From an uncultured delta proteobacterium (GTDB lineage: Bacteria; Myxococcota; Myxococcia; Myxococcales; Anaeromyxobacteraceae): a DNA stretch of 64,000 nucleotides. This document shows, piece by piece, positions 9,995 through 19,443 of this stretch; position 1 is the first letter of the stretch; each line of letters opens with the position of its first letter. The position numbers and the translations under genes were made by a program. A model generated the notes under the pieces. The model was not told the DNA's origin and did no database searches. It worked only from the letters and a program-made list of their open reading frames with translations. The stretch is taken from NCBI GenBank assembly GCA_963828255.1, contig CAWHDZ010000018.1, positions 64,001 to 128,000 of the forward strand, in the 5' to 3' direction.

Positions 9995-11698
9995 ATGTTC
10001 CTCCTCAATCCCAGGACCCCCTCCCGCCACTGCCCCGACGCCCGCTCCCGCGAGCTCGTCGAGAAGACCGTCGCCTTCTTCGAGGCCAAGGGGAAGGCGC
10101 GGCTCCGGGAGGACGACCTCGCCCGGGCCTGGTACGCCGACTTCCTCGCCTTCTCCGCGCGCGAGAAGCTCTTCGCCACCTTCCTCTCGCCCGCGCCGCT
10201 GGGAGGCGAGGGCGCGCGCTGGGACACCTGGCGGAACTGCGCGCTCAACGAGGTGCTGGGATTCTACGGGCTTCCCTACTGGTACACCTGGCAGGTCACC
10301 ATCCTCGGCCTCGGCCCCATCTGGATGAGCGGGAACGAGGCGGCCCGGGCCCGCACCGCGAAGTTCCTCCAGTCGGGCGGCATCTTCGGCTTCGGCCTCT
10401 CCGAGAAGGAGCACGGGGCCGACATCTACTCCACCGACATGGAACTCGTCCCCGCCGGTGACGGCACGTACCTGGCCCGCGGCGACAAGTACTACATCGG
10501 CAACGGAAACGAGGCCGCGCTCCTGTCGGTCTTCGGGAAGATCGCCGGAACGAAGGACTACGTCTTCTTCCTGGTGGACCCGAAGCGCCCCGGGTACGAG
10601 CTGGTCAAGAACGTGGTGGCGAGCCAGTCCTACGTGGCCGAGTTCGTCCTCCACGACTACCCGGTGACCGAGGCCGACATCCTCTCCCGCGGGCAGGCCG
10701 CCTGGGACGCGGCGCTCAACACCGTCAACGTGGGCAAGTACAACCTGGGCTGGGGCTCCATCGGCATCTGCACCCACGCCATGTACGAGGCGGTGCGCCA
10801 CGCCGCCAACCGCCGCCTCTACGGGATGGCGGTCACCGACTTCCCCCACGTGCGGCGGCTCTTCACAGATGGATACGCGCGGCTGGTGGCCATGAAGCTC
10901 TTCGCGTTGCGGGCCTCCGACTACTTCCGCTCCGCCTCGCGCGAGGACCGCCGCTACCTGCTCTTCAACCCGGTCATGAAGATGAAGGTCACCACCGAGG
11001 GCGAGAAGGTCGTCGACCACCTGTGGGACGTGATCGCCGCCAAGGGCTTCGAGAAGGACACCTACTTCGAGATGGCGGCCCGCGACATCCGGGCGCTCCC
11101 CAAGCTGGAGGGAACGGTCCACGTCAACATCGCGCTCATCGTGAAGTTCATGAAGAACTACCTCTTCGCGCCCGCGCCCTTCCCTCCGGTTCCCCGGCGC
11201 AACGACCCGGCCGACGACACCTTCCTCTGGGACCAGGGGCCGGCGAGCGGCCTCTCGAAGATCCGGTTCCACGACCCGGCGCCGGTCTTCGCGGCATGGC
11301 CGCAATCCAACGTGGCGCTCTTCCGGGAGCAGATCGCCGCCCTGAAGGATTTCCTGATGCGGGCCACGCCCACCGAGGAGCAGGCCAAGGACGTGGACTT
11401 CCTGCTCGTGGTCGGCGAGCTCTTCACGCTGGTGGTCTACGCCCAGCTGGTGCTCGAGTCGGCGGCCCTCTCCGCGGCGGAGGGGATCGACGGGGACACG
11501 GTGGACCAGATCTTCGACGTCCTGGTGCGCGACTTCTCGCGCCACGCGCTCGACCTGCACGCGAAGCCGGCGGCGACCCCGGTCCAGGCGGAACTGGCGC
11601 TGGCGATGATCCGCCGGCCGGCGTTCGACGCCGGGCGTGCGGGCAGGGTCTGGAAGACCGTGCACGCGCTCAAGGACGCCTACGAGATGAACCCGTAG
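9995..11698 (+). CDS. Acyl-CoA dehydrogenase
   Basis: FGLSEKEHGADIY, GDKYYIGNG, LPKLEGTVHVN. Confidence 0.92.
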   Translation: MFLLNPRTPSRHCPDARSRELVEKTVAFFEAKGKARLREDDLARAWYADFLAFSAREKLFATFLSPAPLGGEGARWDTWRNCALNEVLGFYGLPYWYTWQVTILGLGPIWMSGNEAARARTAKFLQSGGIFGFGLSEKEHGADIYSTDMELVPAGDGTYLARGDKYYIGNGNEAALLSVFGKIAGTKDYVFFLVDPKRPGYELVKNVVASQSYVAEFVLHDYPVTEADILSRGQAAWDAALNTVNVGKYNLGWGSIGICTHAMYEAVRHAANRRLYGMAVTDFPHVRRLFTDGYARLVAMKLFALRASDYFRSASREDRRYLLFNPVMKMKVTTEGEKVVDHLWDVIAAKGFEKDTYFEMAARDIRALPKLEGTVHVNIALIVKFMKNYLFAPAPFPPVPRRNDPADDTFLWDQGPASGLSKIRFHDPAPVFAAWPQSNVALFREQIAALKDFLMRATPTEEQAKDVDFLLVVGELFTLVVYAQLVLESAALSAAEGIDGDTVDQIFDVLVRDFSRHALDLHAKPAATPVQAELALAMIRRPAFDAGRAGRVWKTVHALKDAYEMNP

Positions 11699-11713
11699 CG
11701 CCGTGGCCGCCTT

Positions 11714-14680
11714 TCACCTCCCGAAGCTCCGCCCCACGTGCAGGCGGACCGCGTCCTCCAGCTCGGCCTCCCGGTCGCCCCGGTAGACCATCGAGGAGCC
11801 GATCTCGGCCGCCAGGATGGCGGAGCGGTACTTGGGGGGCAGGCGCCCGATGCGGCGCCGGAACCGGGCCGACTGCCGCATCATGGCCGGGAGGTGGGCC
11901 AGGATCACCCGCTGGAAGTCCGGCTCCATGGTGAGCGCCGGGCGCGCCTGGAAGAACTTGAAGAGCCGGGCGTAGTGGCCGTTGATCTCCCGGCTGATGG
12001 CGTCGGAGATCTCGGTGCAGAGCTGCCCGGTCTCGCGGCGACGCCTCAGGATGAGGTTGGCCTCGTCGGCGGCACGCCGCTCCAGGATCTCGAGCACGCC
12101 CTTCACGTAGCGGCTCTTGCTGGCCAGGAACTCCTTCTCGTCGAGCGTGAGGTTGGCGATGATCTCGTACGACGACGAGATGACCCCGCACTTGTTGGCC
12201 GAGGCGTCGCGCATGATGATCACGCCCTTGCGCTGCAGCTGCACGCGGGCCTCGGGGGTGATGAAGGAGTTGGCGCCCTCCACGATGGCCCGCGCCGAGG
12301 GGGTCCCGTCGGGCAGGAGGTAGCGCTCCCAGTTCTGCCTGTCGATGGTCTCGGGCCGGCCGCCTCCGGGGATGAAGAGGTCGGCGGGAACGGTGAAGGC
12401 CAGCGACCCGAACTCCCGGGAGAACTCGTCCAGGGAGAGCCAGCGCTCCTCCAGGCCGCGGGGCGTCCTCGTCACCTTCCGGAAGAGCTCGCGGAGCCCC
12501 TCCTTGCGCCGTCCGGTGCGGAAGAGGAGCGAGCCACCGACGTGCAGCGCCTTCGGGTCGAAGGCGTCGAGGTCGCGGCGCAGCAGGATCCGCTTCATCT
12601 CGGTGCGGGAGGCGCCCTCCGGGTCCACCAGCGCCGCCGTGCCGTCGAGGACGAGCACGAGCTTCATCCTGGGACAGCGGGCGAACAGGATCTGCATGGC
12701 GTTGCCGGCCACGTCGCCGTTCGGCCCGCCGGTCAGCTTCACGGAGAAGGCGTCCCGGCGCATGTCCACGCCGAGATCCTTCATGGTGATCTCGGCGAAC
12801 TTCACCACGCCGGTGGAGGTGACGCCGTACTCCTTGTGGTTGATGCCCACCCGCTTGCTCGACATGACCCCGATGCCGAGGATGTAGCCGCGCCGCTTCG
12901 AGACCTCGGCGATCTCCTCGATCATGTCGTCGTGCATGTTCTCGTCGGGGCCGAGCTCGATGGGCTCGTCCTCGCGGTAGTAGTCCACCACCCTGGGGTG
13001 GCGGGCCACGCCGTCCTTGGTGACGAAGACGTCGAGGAAGGCGTCGATGACCCCGCGCTGGAGCTTGTGGAGGCGCCGGGTCTCCTGGTCCTGCTCCTCC
13101 TTCTGCAGGGCCGAGGCGTCCATGATCATGACGAGCTTGGAGCCGCCCTCGTAGATGTCCTTGTTCTTGAGGTGCTGGGTGTGGGCCAGCACGTAGTTCT
13201 CGCGGAACAGGGTGGAGGCGTTGGTGCGGAAGTCGTCGGCGCTCCGGCAGATCACCGTGCGCCAGCCGCCGCGGGCGATGTCGGAGAAGCCGATGTGGAA
13301 GCCGAAGCCCGCCCGGGTGAAGAAGAAGGTCACCCGGAACGGGCGCTCGGCCGGGAGGTCGGCGATGAAGCCCGGGCCCAGGTCGGCCAGGTAGGCCGGA
13401 TCGAGCCGGAAGGCGAAGGCCTGCTTCTCCCTCACGAAGAAGTTGGTCTTCAGGGTGTGGCGGATGAAGGCCAGGGTGCAGCGGAAGACGTCGCGCCGCA
13501 GGTCGTCGAGGTGCCGGTGGCCGGTGTCGTAGTCGCGCACCACCCGCTCGGCCTCGGCCAGGTCCCGGGCCCAGGCCTTCCTGCGGCCCCGCACCGACGG
13601 GTCGAAGCGGGTGCGGAAGAGCCGGACCAGCCGGGCCGCCAGGTCCGGGTCGGAGAGGAAGCAGTCGTGGACGTCGTCCCACCCGAAGCGTCCGGGCTCG
13701 GCGTGCGCCAGGTTGGTGTGGCAGAAGGCGGCGAAGGCGTCCACCAGCGAGGCGTCCTCCCCGCTCATCACGCCGCTGCGCACCAGGTCGGTATAGAGCG
13801 ACGAGGAGGTGTCGAGGATCTGGGTGTTGAAGAGCTCGTGCTCCAGCGTGCGGTGCAGCGCCGAGCCGCTCCGGAGCGGCGCGCCCTTCCGGGGCCGGAC
13901 GTAGAACATGAAGAGGGCGACGGGCTGGACCCCGTTCGAGACGTCGAGCACGTAGGCCCGGTTCACTCCCAGGTTGAGCCGGTTCAGCACCTCCATCACC
14001 TGGGCGAGGAAGCCCCGGTGCGGGGCGCTGGCCACGGCGAAGGAGACGCGGGTCAGGCCGGAGCCGTCGGTCATGGGCTCGACGTCCAGGAAGAGGCCGC
14101 CGGTCCGGGCGCCGAACTGGAGCAGGCGCAGCGTCTGGGCCACCCGCCGGGGCGGCGAGATCCGGACGTAGCTCGGGTTGTTGAGCCAGAGGATGGAGAG
14201 GAGCCGGTCGAGCTCGCCGGTGTCCACGTCGGGGTAGTCGTGCTCCACCGCCGCGGCGACCGAGCGGCGGACGTCGGCCGGGACGCGCACCCCGGCCTCG
14301 AGGCCGCGCGCGATCTCGGCGTCCGTCTTGCACTCGAAGTCGAAGCGCTGGATCTCCAGGGAGTCCTCCATCCCCGGCATGAATCCGCTGGAGTGGGCGA
14401 ACATGGCGTAGGAGATGGCGGGCTGGGCCATGCGGCCGAGGACCAGCGAGCGGTAGAGCGAGCCGGGCGCGTTGCGCGTGGCCAGCACGAACCGGGTGGG
14501 GCGGTCGGCCAGGACGAGGTGCTCGTTCACGGCCAGGGTCCCGAGCTCGCGGGCCAGGATGGCCATGGCCTCGGGCTCGTCGGTCATGGCGTCGAAGAAG
14601 TAGGGCGGCATGGCCGTCTCGAGCCAGGCCTGGTTCTCCGCCGCCGTGGGGGTGCCGCGCCCGCTGGGTATCTTGCTCAT
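11714..14680 (-). CDS. Large-type NAD-specific glutamate dehydrogenase (~988 aa)
   Basis: DIARGGWR, KNKDIYEGGSK, GPDEN, GINHKEYGVTSTGV, GGPNGDVAGN, IVEGANSFIT, DASANKCGVISSSYE. Confidence 0.92.
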   Translation of the reverse strand: MSKIPSGRGTPTAAENQAWLETAMPPYFFDAMTDEPEAMAILARELGTLAVNEHLVLADRPTRFVLATRNAPGSLYRSLVLGRMAQPAISYAMFAHSSGFMPGMEDSLEIQRFDFECKTDAEIARGLEAGVRVPADVRRSVAAAVEHDYPDVDTGELDRLLSILWLNNPSYVRISPPRRVAQTLRLLQFGARTGGLFLDVEPMTDGSGLTRVSFAVASAPHRGFLAQVMEVLNRLNLGVNRAYVLDVSNGVQPVALFMFYVRPRKGAPLRSGSALHRTLEHELFNTQILDTSSSLYTDLVRSGVMSGEDASLVDAFAAFCHTNLAHAEPGRFGWDDVHDCFLSDPDLAARLVRLFRTRFDPSVRGRRKAWARDLAEAERVVRDYDTGHRHLDDLRRDVFRCTLAFIRHTLKTNFFVREKQAFAFRLDPAYLADLGPGFIADLPAERPFRVTFFFTRAGFGFHIGFSDIARGGWRTVICRSADDFRTNASTLFRENYVLAHTQHLKNKDIYEGGSKLVMIMDASALQKEEQDQETRRLHKLQRGVIDAFLDVFVTKDGVARHPRVVDYYREDEPIELGPDENMHDDMIEEIAEVSKRRGYILGIGVMSSKRVGINHKEYGVTSTGVVKFAEITMKDLGVDMRRDAFSVKLTGGPNGDVAGNAMQILFARCPRMKLVLVLDGTAALVDPEGASRTEMKRILLRRDLDAFDPKALHVGGSLLFRTGRRKEGLRELFRKVTRTPRGLEERWLSLDEFSREFGSLAFTVPADLFIPGGGRPETIDRQNWERYLLPDGTPSARAIVEGANSFITPEARVQLQRKGVIIMRDASANKCGVISSSYEIIANLTLDEKEFLASKSRYVKGVLEILERRAADEANLILRRRRETGQLCTEISDAISREINGHYARLFKFFQARPALTMEPDFQRVILAHLPAMMRQSARFRRRIGRLPPKYRSAILAAEIGSSMVYRGDREAELEDAVRLHVGRSFGR

Positions 14681-14741
14681 GGTGACCGAGCCTAGATCCC
14701 TTCGGGCCCGCACCCAAGGACCGTGACGGGGCGTGAGGCGG

Positions 14742-15908
14742 TCAATCCCGGAACTGGAGGAGCTTCCCACCGTCGGTGAGGAGGTAGAGGAAGCCGTCCG
14801 GTCCCTGCTCGACGTCGCGGATGCGCTCTCCCAGGTCGCCGAGGAGACGCTCCCGCGCCACCTCCACGTCTCCCCGGAGCTCGACCCGCCAGAGGGCCTT
14901 CCCCGCCAGAGCCCCCATGAAGGCATTTCCCTGCCAGGCCGGGAAGCGCGCCCCGGTGTAGAAGACGAGCCCGGCCGGCGCAATGGAGGTCGGGCCCCAG
15001 AAGCCGACCGGCTCGACGAAGCGCGGCGCGTGGGTTCCGCCGCCGATGCGGCAGGAGTCGCCCACCGGGTCCCCGTAGTTGCAGCCGTAGCTCACGAGGG
15101 GCCAGCCGTGGTTGCCGCCGGGGACGATGCGGTTGAGCTCGTCGCCGCCCTGGGGCCCGTGCTCGTTCACCCAGAGCTCGCCGGTGCCCGGCCGGATCGC
15201 GGCCCCCTGCGGGTTGCGGTGGCCGTAGCTCCAGATCTCCGGCCGCGCCCCGGGGATGCCTGGATTGTCGGAGGGAATCGTTCCGTCGCGCCCGATGCGG
15301 ATGACCTTTCCGAGCGTCGTCGCGAGGTCCTGGGCCGGGCTGCCCTTCTGCCGCTCGCCCAGCGTCACGAAGAGCGTCCGGTCGCCGCGGAAGGCGATGC
15401 GCGATCCGAAATGGCCCGATCCCGACACCTTGGGCGCCTGGCGGAAGATGACGGCGACGTCCTGGAGGGCGTTTCCGACGAGCCGGCCTCGCGCCACCGC
15501 GGTCCCGGAAAGGCCTGCCTCGGCTCCCGTTCCGGGCTCGGAGTAGGTCCAGTACACGAAGGGGTCGGACGCGAAGTCCGGGTCGAGCGCCACGTCCATC
15601 AGACCACCCTGCCCGTCGCTCACCACCGCGGGCAGCCCGCTCACCGTGGCCTGCACCGACGCGCCGTCGGAGGAGAGCACGACCATGGTGCCGCCCTTCT
15701 GGGTCACGAGCATCCGGCCGTCGGGCAGGAAGGCGAGCCCCCAGGGGGAGGAGAGCGAGGAGTTGAGGGTGACGGTTCGCGGGGTCGTGGCGGGGCCGGA
15801 CGGGGTCGCCGGGTCGCCTCCACCGCAGCCGCCGCACGCCGAGAGCATCGCGCACGCCAGGAGGAAGGCGAGGAATCGGGAGCGGGTGACGCGGGTCCTG
15901 ACCTTCAT
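14742..15908 (-). CDS. PQQ-dependent sugar dehydrogenase (GSDH/YliI family) lipoprotein
   Basis: PWGLAFLPDGRMLVT, GQGGLMDV, HFGSRI, SYGHRNPQG, EHGPQGGDELN, RIRDV. Confidence 0.93.
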   Translation of the reverse strand: MKVRTRVTRSRFLAFLLACAMLSACGGCGGGDPATPSGPATTPRTVTLNSSLSSPWGLAFLPDGRMLVTQKGGTMVVLSSDGASVQATVSGLPAVVSDGQGGLMDVALDPDFASDPFVYWTYSEPGTGAEAGLSGTAVARGRLVGNALQDVAVIFRQAPKVSGSGHFGSRIAFRGDRTLFVTLGERQKGSPAQDLATTLGKVIRIGRDGTIPSDNPGIPGARPEIWSYGHRNPQGAAIRPGTGELWVNEHGPQGGDELNRIVPGGNHGWPLVSYGCNYGDPVGDSCRIGGGTHAPRFVEPVGFWGPTSIAPAGLVFYTGARFPAWQGNAFMGALAGKALWRVELRGDVEVARERLLGDLGERIRDVEQGPDGFLYLLTDGGKLLQFRD

Positions 15909-15949
15909 GACGGGGTCCTATGACCGCGTCGGTTCCAGGGCAACGCCGC

Positions 15950-17158
15950 CTACTCCCCGCCCGGTCCACCGCCTGGCCTGCCGCCCCGCCTCCTGCGCCG
16001 CCGCCGCCTTCGTCCCGGCGTGCCACCGGCCGGGGCCGGGGCGCCCGCGGGCGGGGGTTGCACCCCTTGCCTGGGCTGCTGCGGCGGCCTGGGCTGCTGC
16101 GGCGGCCTGGCCTGCTGGGGCCTGCCCTTCTGCGGCCTGGCGACGGCGACCGAACCGTGCGGGAGCCGCTCGACGCGGATCACCTCGGGAAGGGGTGCGT
16201 TCCTGGGACCGCGTGGTTCAGGGCGCCTGGGCCCGGCGGGGCGCTCCGGCCTTCGCTCCTGCCTCCGCTGCGGCTGCTGCTGCGGCTGAGGCTGAGGAGG
16301 CTGCTGCGCCTTCTGCGGCTTCTGCGCGTGCCCTCCCCCGTGCGGCCGTGCGGGTCCGCCACGCTGGGCTTGCTGCGGGTGGCTGGCGCCGGCGGGACGT
16401 TCCTGCCTCCGCGGCTCCGGTGCACGGCCGGTGGGCACGAAGCCTGCGGTCAGCTCGCGCCGGACGTAGGCCCGCCAGATCTCGCGCCCGTCGCCCTCAC
16501 CGCCCACCGCGGGGTCGAGCGCTGCGCAGAAGCGGCGGACGTTCTCGAGGTCGCGCAGGAAGAAGGCCTCGGACTGGCTGTTGTGCGCGGCGTCGACGAC
16601 CTGGGGAAGATCGATCACCACCGGCCCGTGCCCGCCCAGGAGGACGTTGTACGGCGAGAGGTCGCCGTGGATGAGGCCGCAGGCGAGCATCCCGACCGCC
16701 TGCCTCCGGAGGTCGGCGTAGATCCCCGCCGCCTGCTCCCGGGCGATCCGCGCGTCCACGAGGCGCGGCGCCGGGTGGCCGTGGGCGTCGAGCACGAGCT
16801 CCATGAGGAGCACCCCCTCGTGGAACAGCACGGGCCGCGGCACCCGGACTCCGGCGGCGTGCAGCCGGAACATCGCGTCGGACTCCCTGGCCTTCCAGGC
16901 TTCCTCGGAGGCGGCCTGGCCGAAGCGGCTGCCGCGGTCCATGGCACGCTGGGTGCGGGTGTTCCGGACCTTCCGCCCTTCCTTGTAGGCGGCGTCGTTC
17001 TTGAAGCTCCGGGTCTGCCGGGCCTTGTAGACCTTGGCCGCGACGACGTGGCCGCCGGCCCGGACCAGCCAGACGTCGGCCTCCTTGCCACCCTTCAGCC
17101 GCGAGACGACCTCGTCGATGACGCCGTCGGTGAGGAGCGGGGCGAGGGGATCGTGCAT
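15950..17158 (-). CDS. RIO1-family Ser/Thr kinase with a low-complexity Q/P/R tail
   Basis: LKGGKEADV, AAKVYK, IHGDLSPYNVL, IDLPQ. Confidence 0.92.
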   Translation of the reverse strand: MHDPLAPLLTDGVIDEVVSRLKGGKEADVWLVRAGGHVVAAKVYKARQTRSFKNDAAYKEGRKVRNTRTQRAMDRGSRFGQAASEEAWKARESDAMFRLHAAGVRVPRPVLFHEGVLLMELVLDAHGHPAPRLVDARIAREQAAGIYADLRRQAVGMLACGLIHGDLSPYNVLLGGHGPVVIDLPQVVDAAHNSQSEAFFLRDLENVRRFCAALDPAVGGEGDGREIWRAYVRRELTAGFVPTGRAPEPRRQERPAGASHPQQAQRGGPARPHGGGHAQKPQKAQQPPQPQPQQQPQRRQERRPERPAGPRRPEPRGPRNAPLPEVIRVERLPHGSVAVARPQKGRPQQARPPQQPRPPQQPRQGVQPPPAGAPAPAGGTPGRRRRRRRRRGGRPGGGPGGE

Positions 17159-17246
17159 CTGGATCGGGTGTAGAGCGGAGACGACGCGGGGTCAAGGGTG
17201 AAGCCTGTTCGCGGCTTTCGCGTCGTCGCGGTCCCCGGAGGGCGAT

Positions 17247-17450
17247 TCAGCTCGGGGCGGGCCCGGCCGGGGCCCGGTGCTCGGTGTAGCTCGGGTTCCG
17301 GTGGTTCTGGTCCGGGTTGTGGGCGTCCCAGCAGGAGTCGGAGCAGAAGTAGAGCTGGAAGCGCTTCCGGTTGCAGGTTGAGACGCCGCACCTGAGGTAG
17401 GCGCCGCCGAAGGCGATGGGCTTCTTGCAGACGCTGCACTTCTGCCACAT
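17247..17450 (-). CDS. Small Cys/His-rich zinc-finger-like protein (67 aa)
   Basis: CSVC..C...TC...FCSDSCWDAH; GC3-rich codons. Confidence 0.75.
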   Translation of the reverse strand: MWQKCSVCKKPIAFGGAYLRCGVSTCNRKRFQLYFCSDSCWDAHNPDQNHRNPSYTEHRAPAGPAPS

Positions 17451-17540
17451 GGGGCAATCCTAGCGCGGCGGAGGGCGGGATGCCCGGCCGGGGCGCGAAG
17501 GTAGCCTCCCGACGCGTTCGCAATCCACCACGCGTACCGT

Positions 17541-17648
17541 CGCGACACCGATGTCGTGGTTCAGCCGGTTGAACCACTCCTTCGGGTGGGCGACCAAGGT
17601 CCCCGAGCCACCTTCGAAGCCGAGGTTGAATCACTTTCGGTATGGGTC
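17541..17648. repeat. Degenerate att-like copy 1
   Basis: 17541-17588 matches 39814-39861 at 43/48. 17600-17648 matches 62961-63009 at 37/49 ungapped, including a shared TCGGTATGGGTC. Confidence 0.75.
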
Positions 17649-18182
17649 ACTCATTGTCCCAGAGACAACGGCCGATTCCATCATCGGTCTACCCGTCGCG
17701 CGTGAAGGAGACCACGGCGGTATCGGTGATGACCATCCTCGGCCTCGACTCGCACGGCCGCGACCAACCAGGTCGCGTCGCTGGCCTGCCGTCGGGGCGA
17801 GTCACGCTCCCGGACAGCGCGGTCGTCAGCCTGGCGGCGACGCGAGCGTGCATTTTATTGCCTACATCGACCCACCCCCATGAGGGGCGCTGCAGGATTT
17901 GTGGCTCCATGCGTCAAGACGTGGGGATCCCGCCATTTTGGTCCCCACGTTCCTTACAGATGACTACACCTCGTTCGACCATCACCCCGACAGGCGACCC
18001 TCCAATGGGTCTACTGCGTACCTCGTTCATGGTACAGAAGCGTGCCTGATTCTGGATGGTCGGGAGGGATCAACAAGGTGGCAAGGAGCAAACATGAGAA
18101 CGACGAGACAGCGCCCACTCACCAGGAAGGCCTTCAGCAAGTCGACCGCCGGCCGCCTGGCCGTGACACGAAGGGTGGAGAC

Positions 18183-18404
18183 ATGAGCGGCATCCGGACG
18201 GGACGGTCGCGGGGCGAGAAGATGAGCCTGTACATCCCTGGCGAGGTCCTCGCGGACATCCGGGCAGAAGCCCGCCGGCAGCAGCGAAGCGTGTCCTGGC
18301 TGATCCGTCAGGCATGGCGGCTCGCGCGGAAAGGCATGGATGCCCTTCCGGCAGCGCAGGAATGGAACCCCGAAGAGGGCCCTGGCGCCCTGCCGAACTC
18401 CTAG
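18183..18404 (+). CDS. Small ribbon-helix-helix protein, Myxococcales MXAN_4361-like (TIGR04563-like)
   Basis: KMSLYIPGEVLADIRAEARRQQRSVSWLIRQAWRLAR; RBS GGAG. Confidence 0.8.
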   Translation: MSGIRTGRSRGEKMSLYIPGEVLADIRAEARRQQRSVSWLIRQAWRLARKGMDALPAAQEWNPEEGPGALPNS

Positions 18405-18450
18405 GGAGCAACAGCGGTGCGGCCCCAGGCCCGTGCTAACGTTTCCCTTC

Positions 18451-18924
18451 GTGCACTCCCGGGGCACAGGCGGACGCGACGACGCGGGGTCCTCGCCGAA
18501 GCGCACGGGCCTCGAGGCCCGGATCGCCGATGCCCTGGTGACACGCCTCGTCGAGTCGCGGTTCTCCGAGGCGCTCATGGAGCAGATCCTCCAGGCGCTC
18601 ACCGAGAGCCGCGACGTCGAGAAGCTGGTCGTCCACCTGCTCGAGCAGCCAGACGTGAGCGGCGCCGTCGATGCGCTGGTGGACCGGCAGCTCGGGCGGG
18701 TGATCGAGTCGCTGCGGGACAGCGAGGCACTCCGCGAGCTGGTGCGCGAGCAGGTCGACCTCTACCTGAGGCACCTCACCGAGAATCCGGAGGCCGTCCG
18801 GCAGCTCATCCAGGACCAGAGCCGCGGGATGGTCCGCGAGGTCCAGGCCACCCTGCGCGCCCGCGCGTACCTCGCCGACGACGCGGTCGACGCCTGGGTC
18901 CACCGCGTGCTGGGGCGACCGTGA
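18451..18924 (+). CDS. Hypothetical helical protein coupled to the RDD gene (start uncertain)
   Basis: Amphipathic helical sequence; stop overlaps the next GTG (GTGA). Confidence 0.7.
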   Translation: MHSRGTGGRDDAGSSPKRTGLEARIADALVTRLVESRFSEALMEQILQALTESRDVEKLVVHLLEQPDVSGAVDALVDRQLGRVIESLRDSEALRELVREQVDLYLRHLTENPEAVRQLIQDQSRGMVREVQATLRARAYLADDAVDAWVHRVLGRP

Positions 18925-19430
18925 CGCTGCGCTACGCCGGCCCGGTGAGTCGCGGGGGCGGCCGGGCCCTCGACATGGTCTCGCTCGCCGTCCTCGTCGC
19001 CGGTACGGGATGGCTCGCGCAGCAGTTCCTCGGGATCGACCCGGAACACTGTCCCCCTGCGACCGCGTGGTGGCACCTGCGGGCGCACCTGTGCGGCTTC
19101 ATGCCCTACGCCATCCCGGTGGCCGGGGTGGTCATCCCGCCCACGTACCGCATCCTCTTCTACGCCCTCGCCGGGCAGACTCCGGGCATGGCGGTGATGG
19201 GCCTGCGGCTGCGGCGGTCGGACGGCCGGAAGGTGGGCATCCGGCAGGCCGTGAAGCGCGTCCTGACCTTCTACGCCACGCTCGGCTTCGGTTCCTTCCT
19301 CATCCCCGTGACGGCGCGGCGGCGGGCGCTGCACGACATCGTGGCCGGGACGGTGGTCGTCTACGATTGGGGTGAACACGAGCTCGACTTCCGGCGCGCC
19401 CTGGAGCAGCTGCGGTCGACCGATCCGTGA
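18921..19430 (+). CDS. RDD family membrane protein
   Basis: YAGPVSR...LD, GQTPGMAVMGLRL, RRALHDIVAGTVVV. Confidence 0.88.
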   Translation: MTLRYAGPVSRGGGRALDMVSLAVLVAGTGWLAQQFLGIDPEHCPPATAWWHLRAHLCGFMPYAIPVAGVVIPPTYRILFYALAGQTPGMAVMGLRLRRSDGRKVGIRQAVKRVLTFYATLGFGSFLIPVTARRRALHDIVAGTVVVYDWGEHELDFRRALEQLRSTDP

Positions 19431-19443
19431 TCCGGCTGCCCGC

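Noticed and set aside
8018..11698. Apparent giant overlapping ORFs 8018..11665 and 8813..11698
   Set aside because: Two divergent genes starting at 9907 and 9995; the extensions are antisense read-through.
11670..14717. Long ORFs 11738..14695 (+) and 11670..14717 (-)
   Set aside because: Antisense and off-frame shadows of glutamate dehydrogenase, expected at this GC content.
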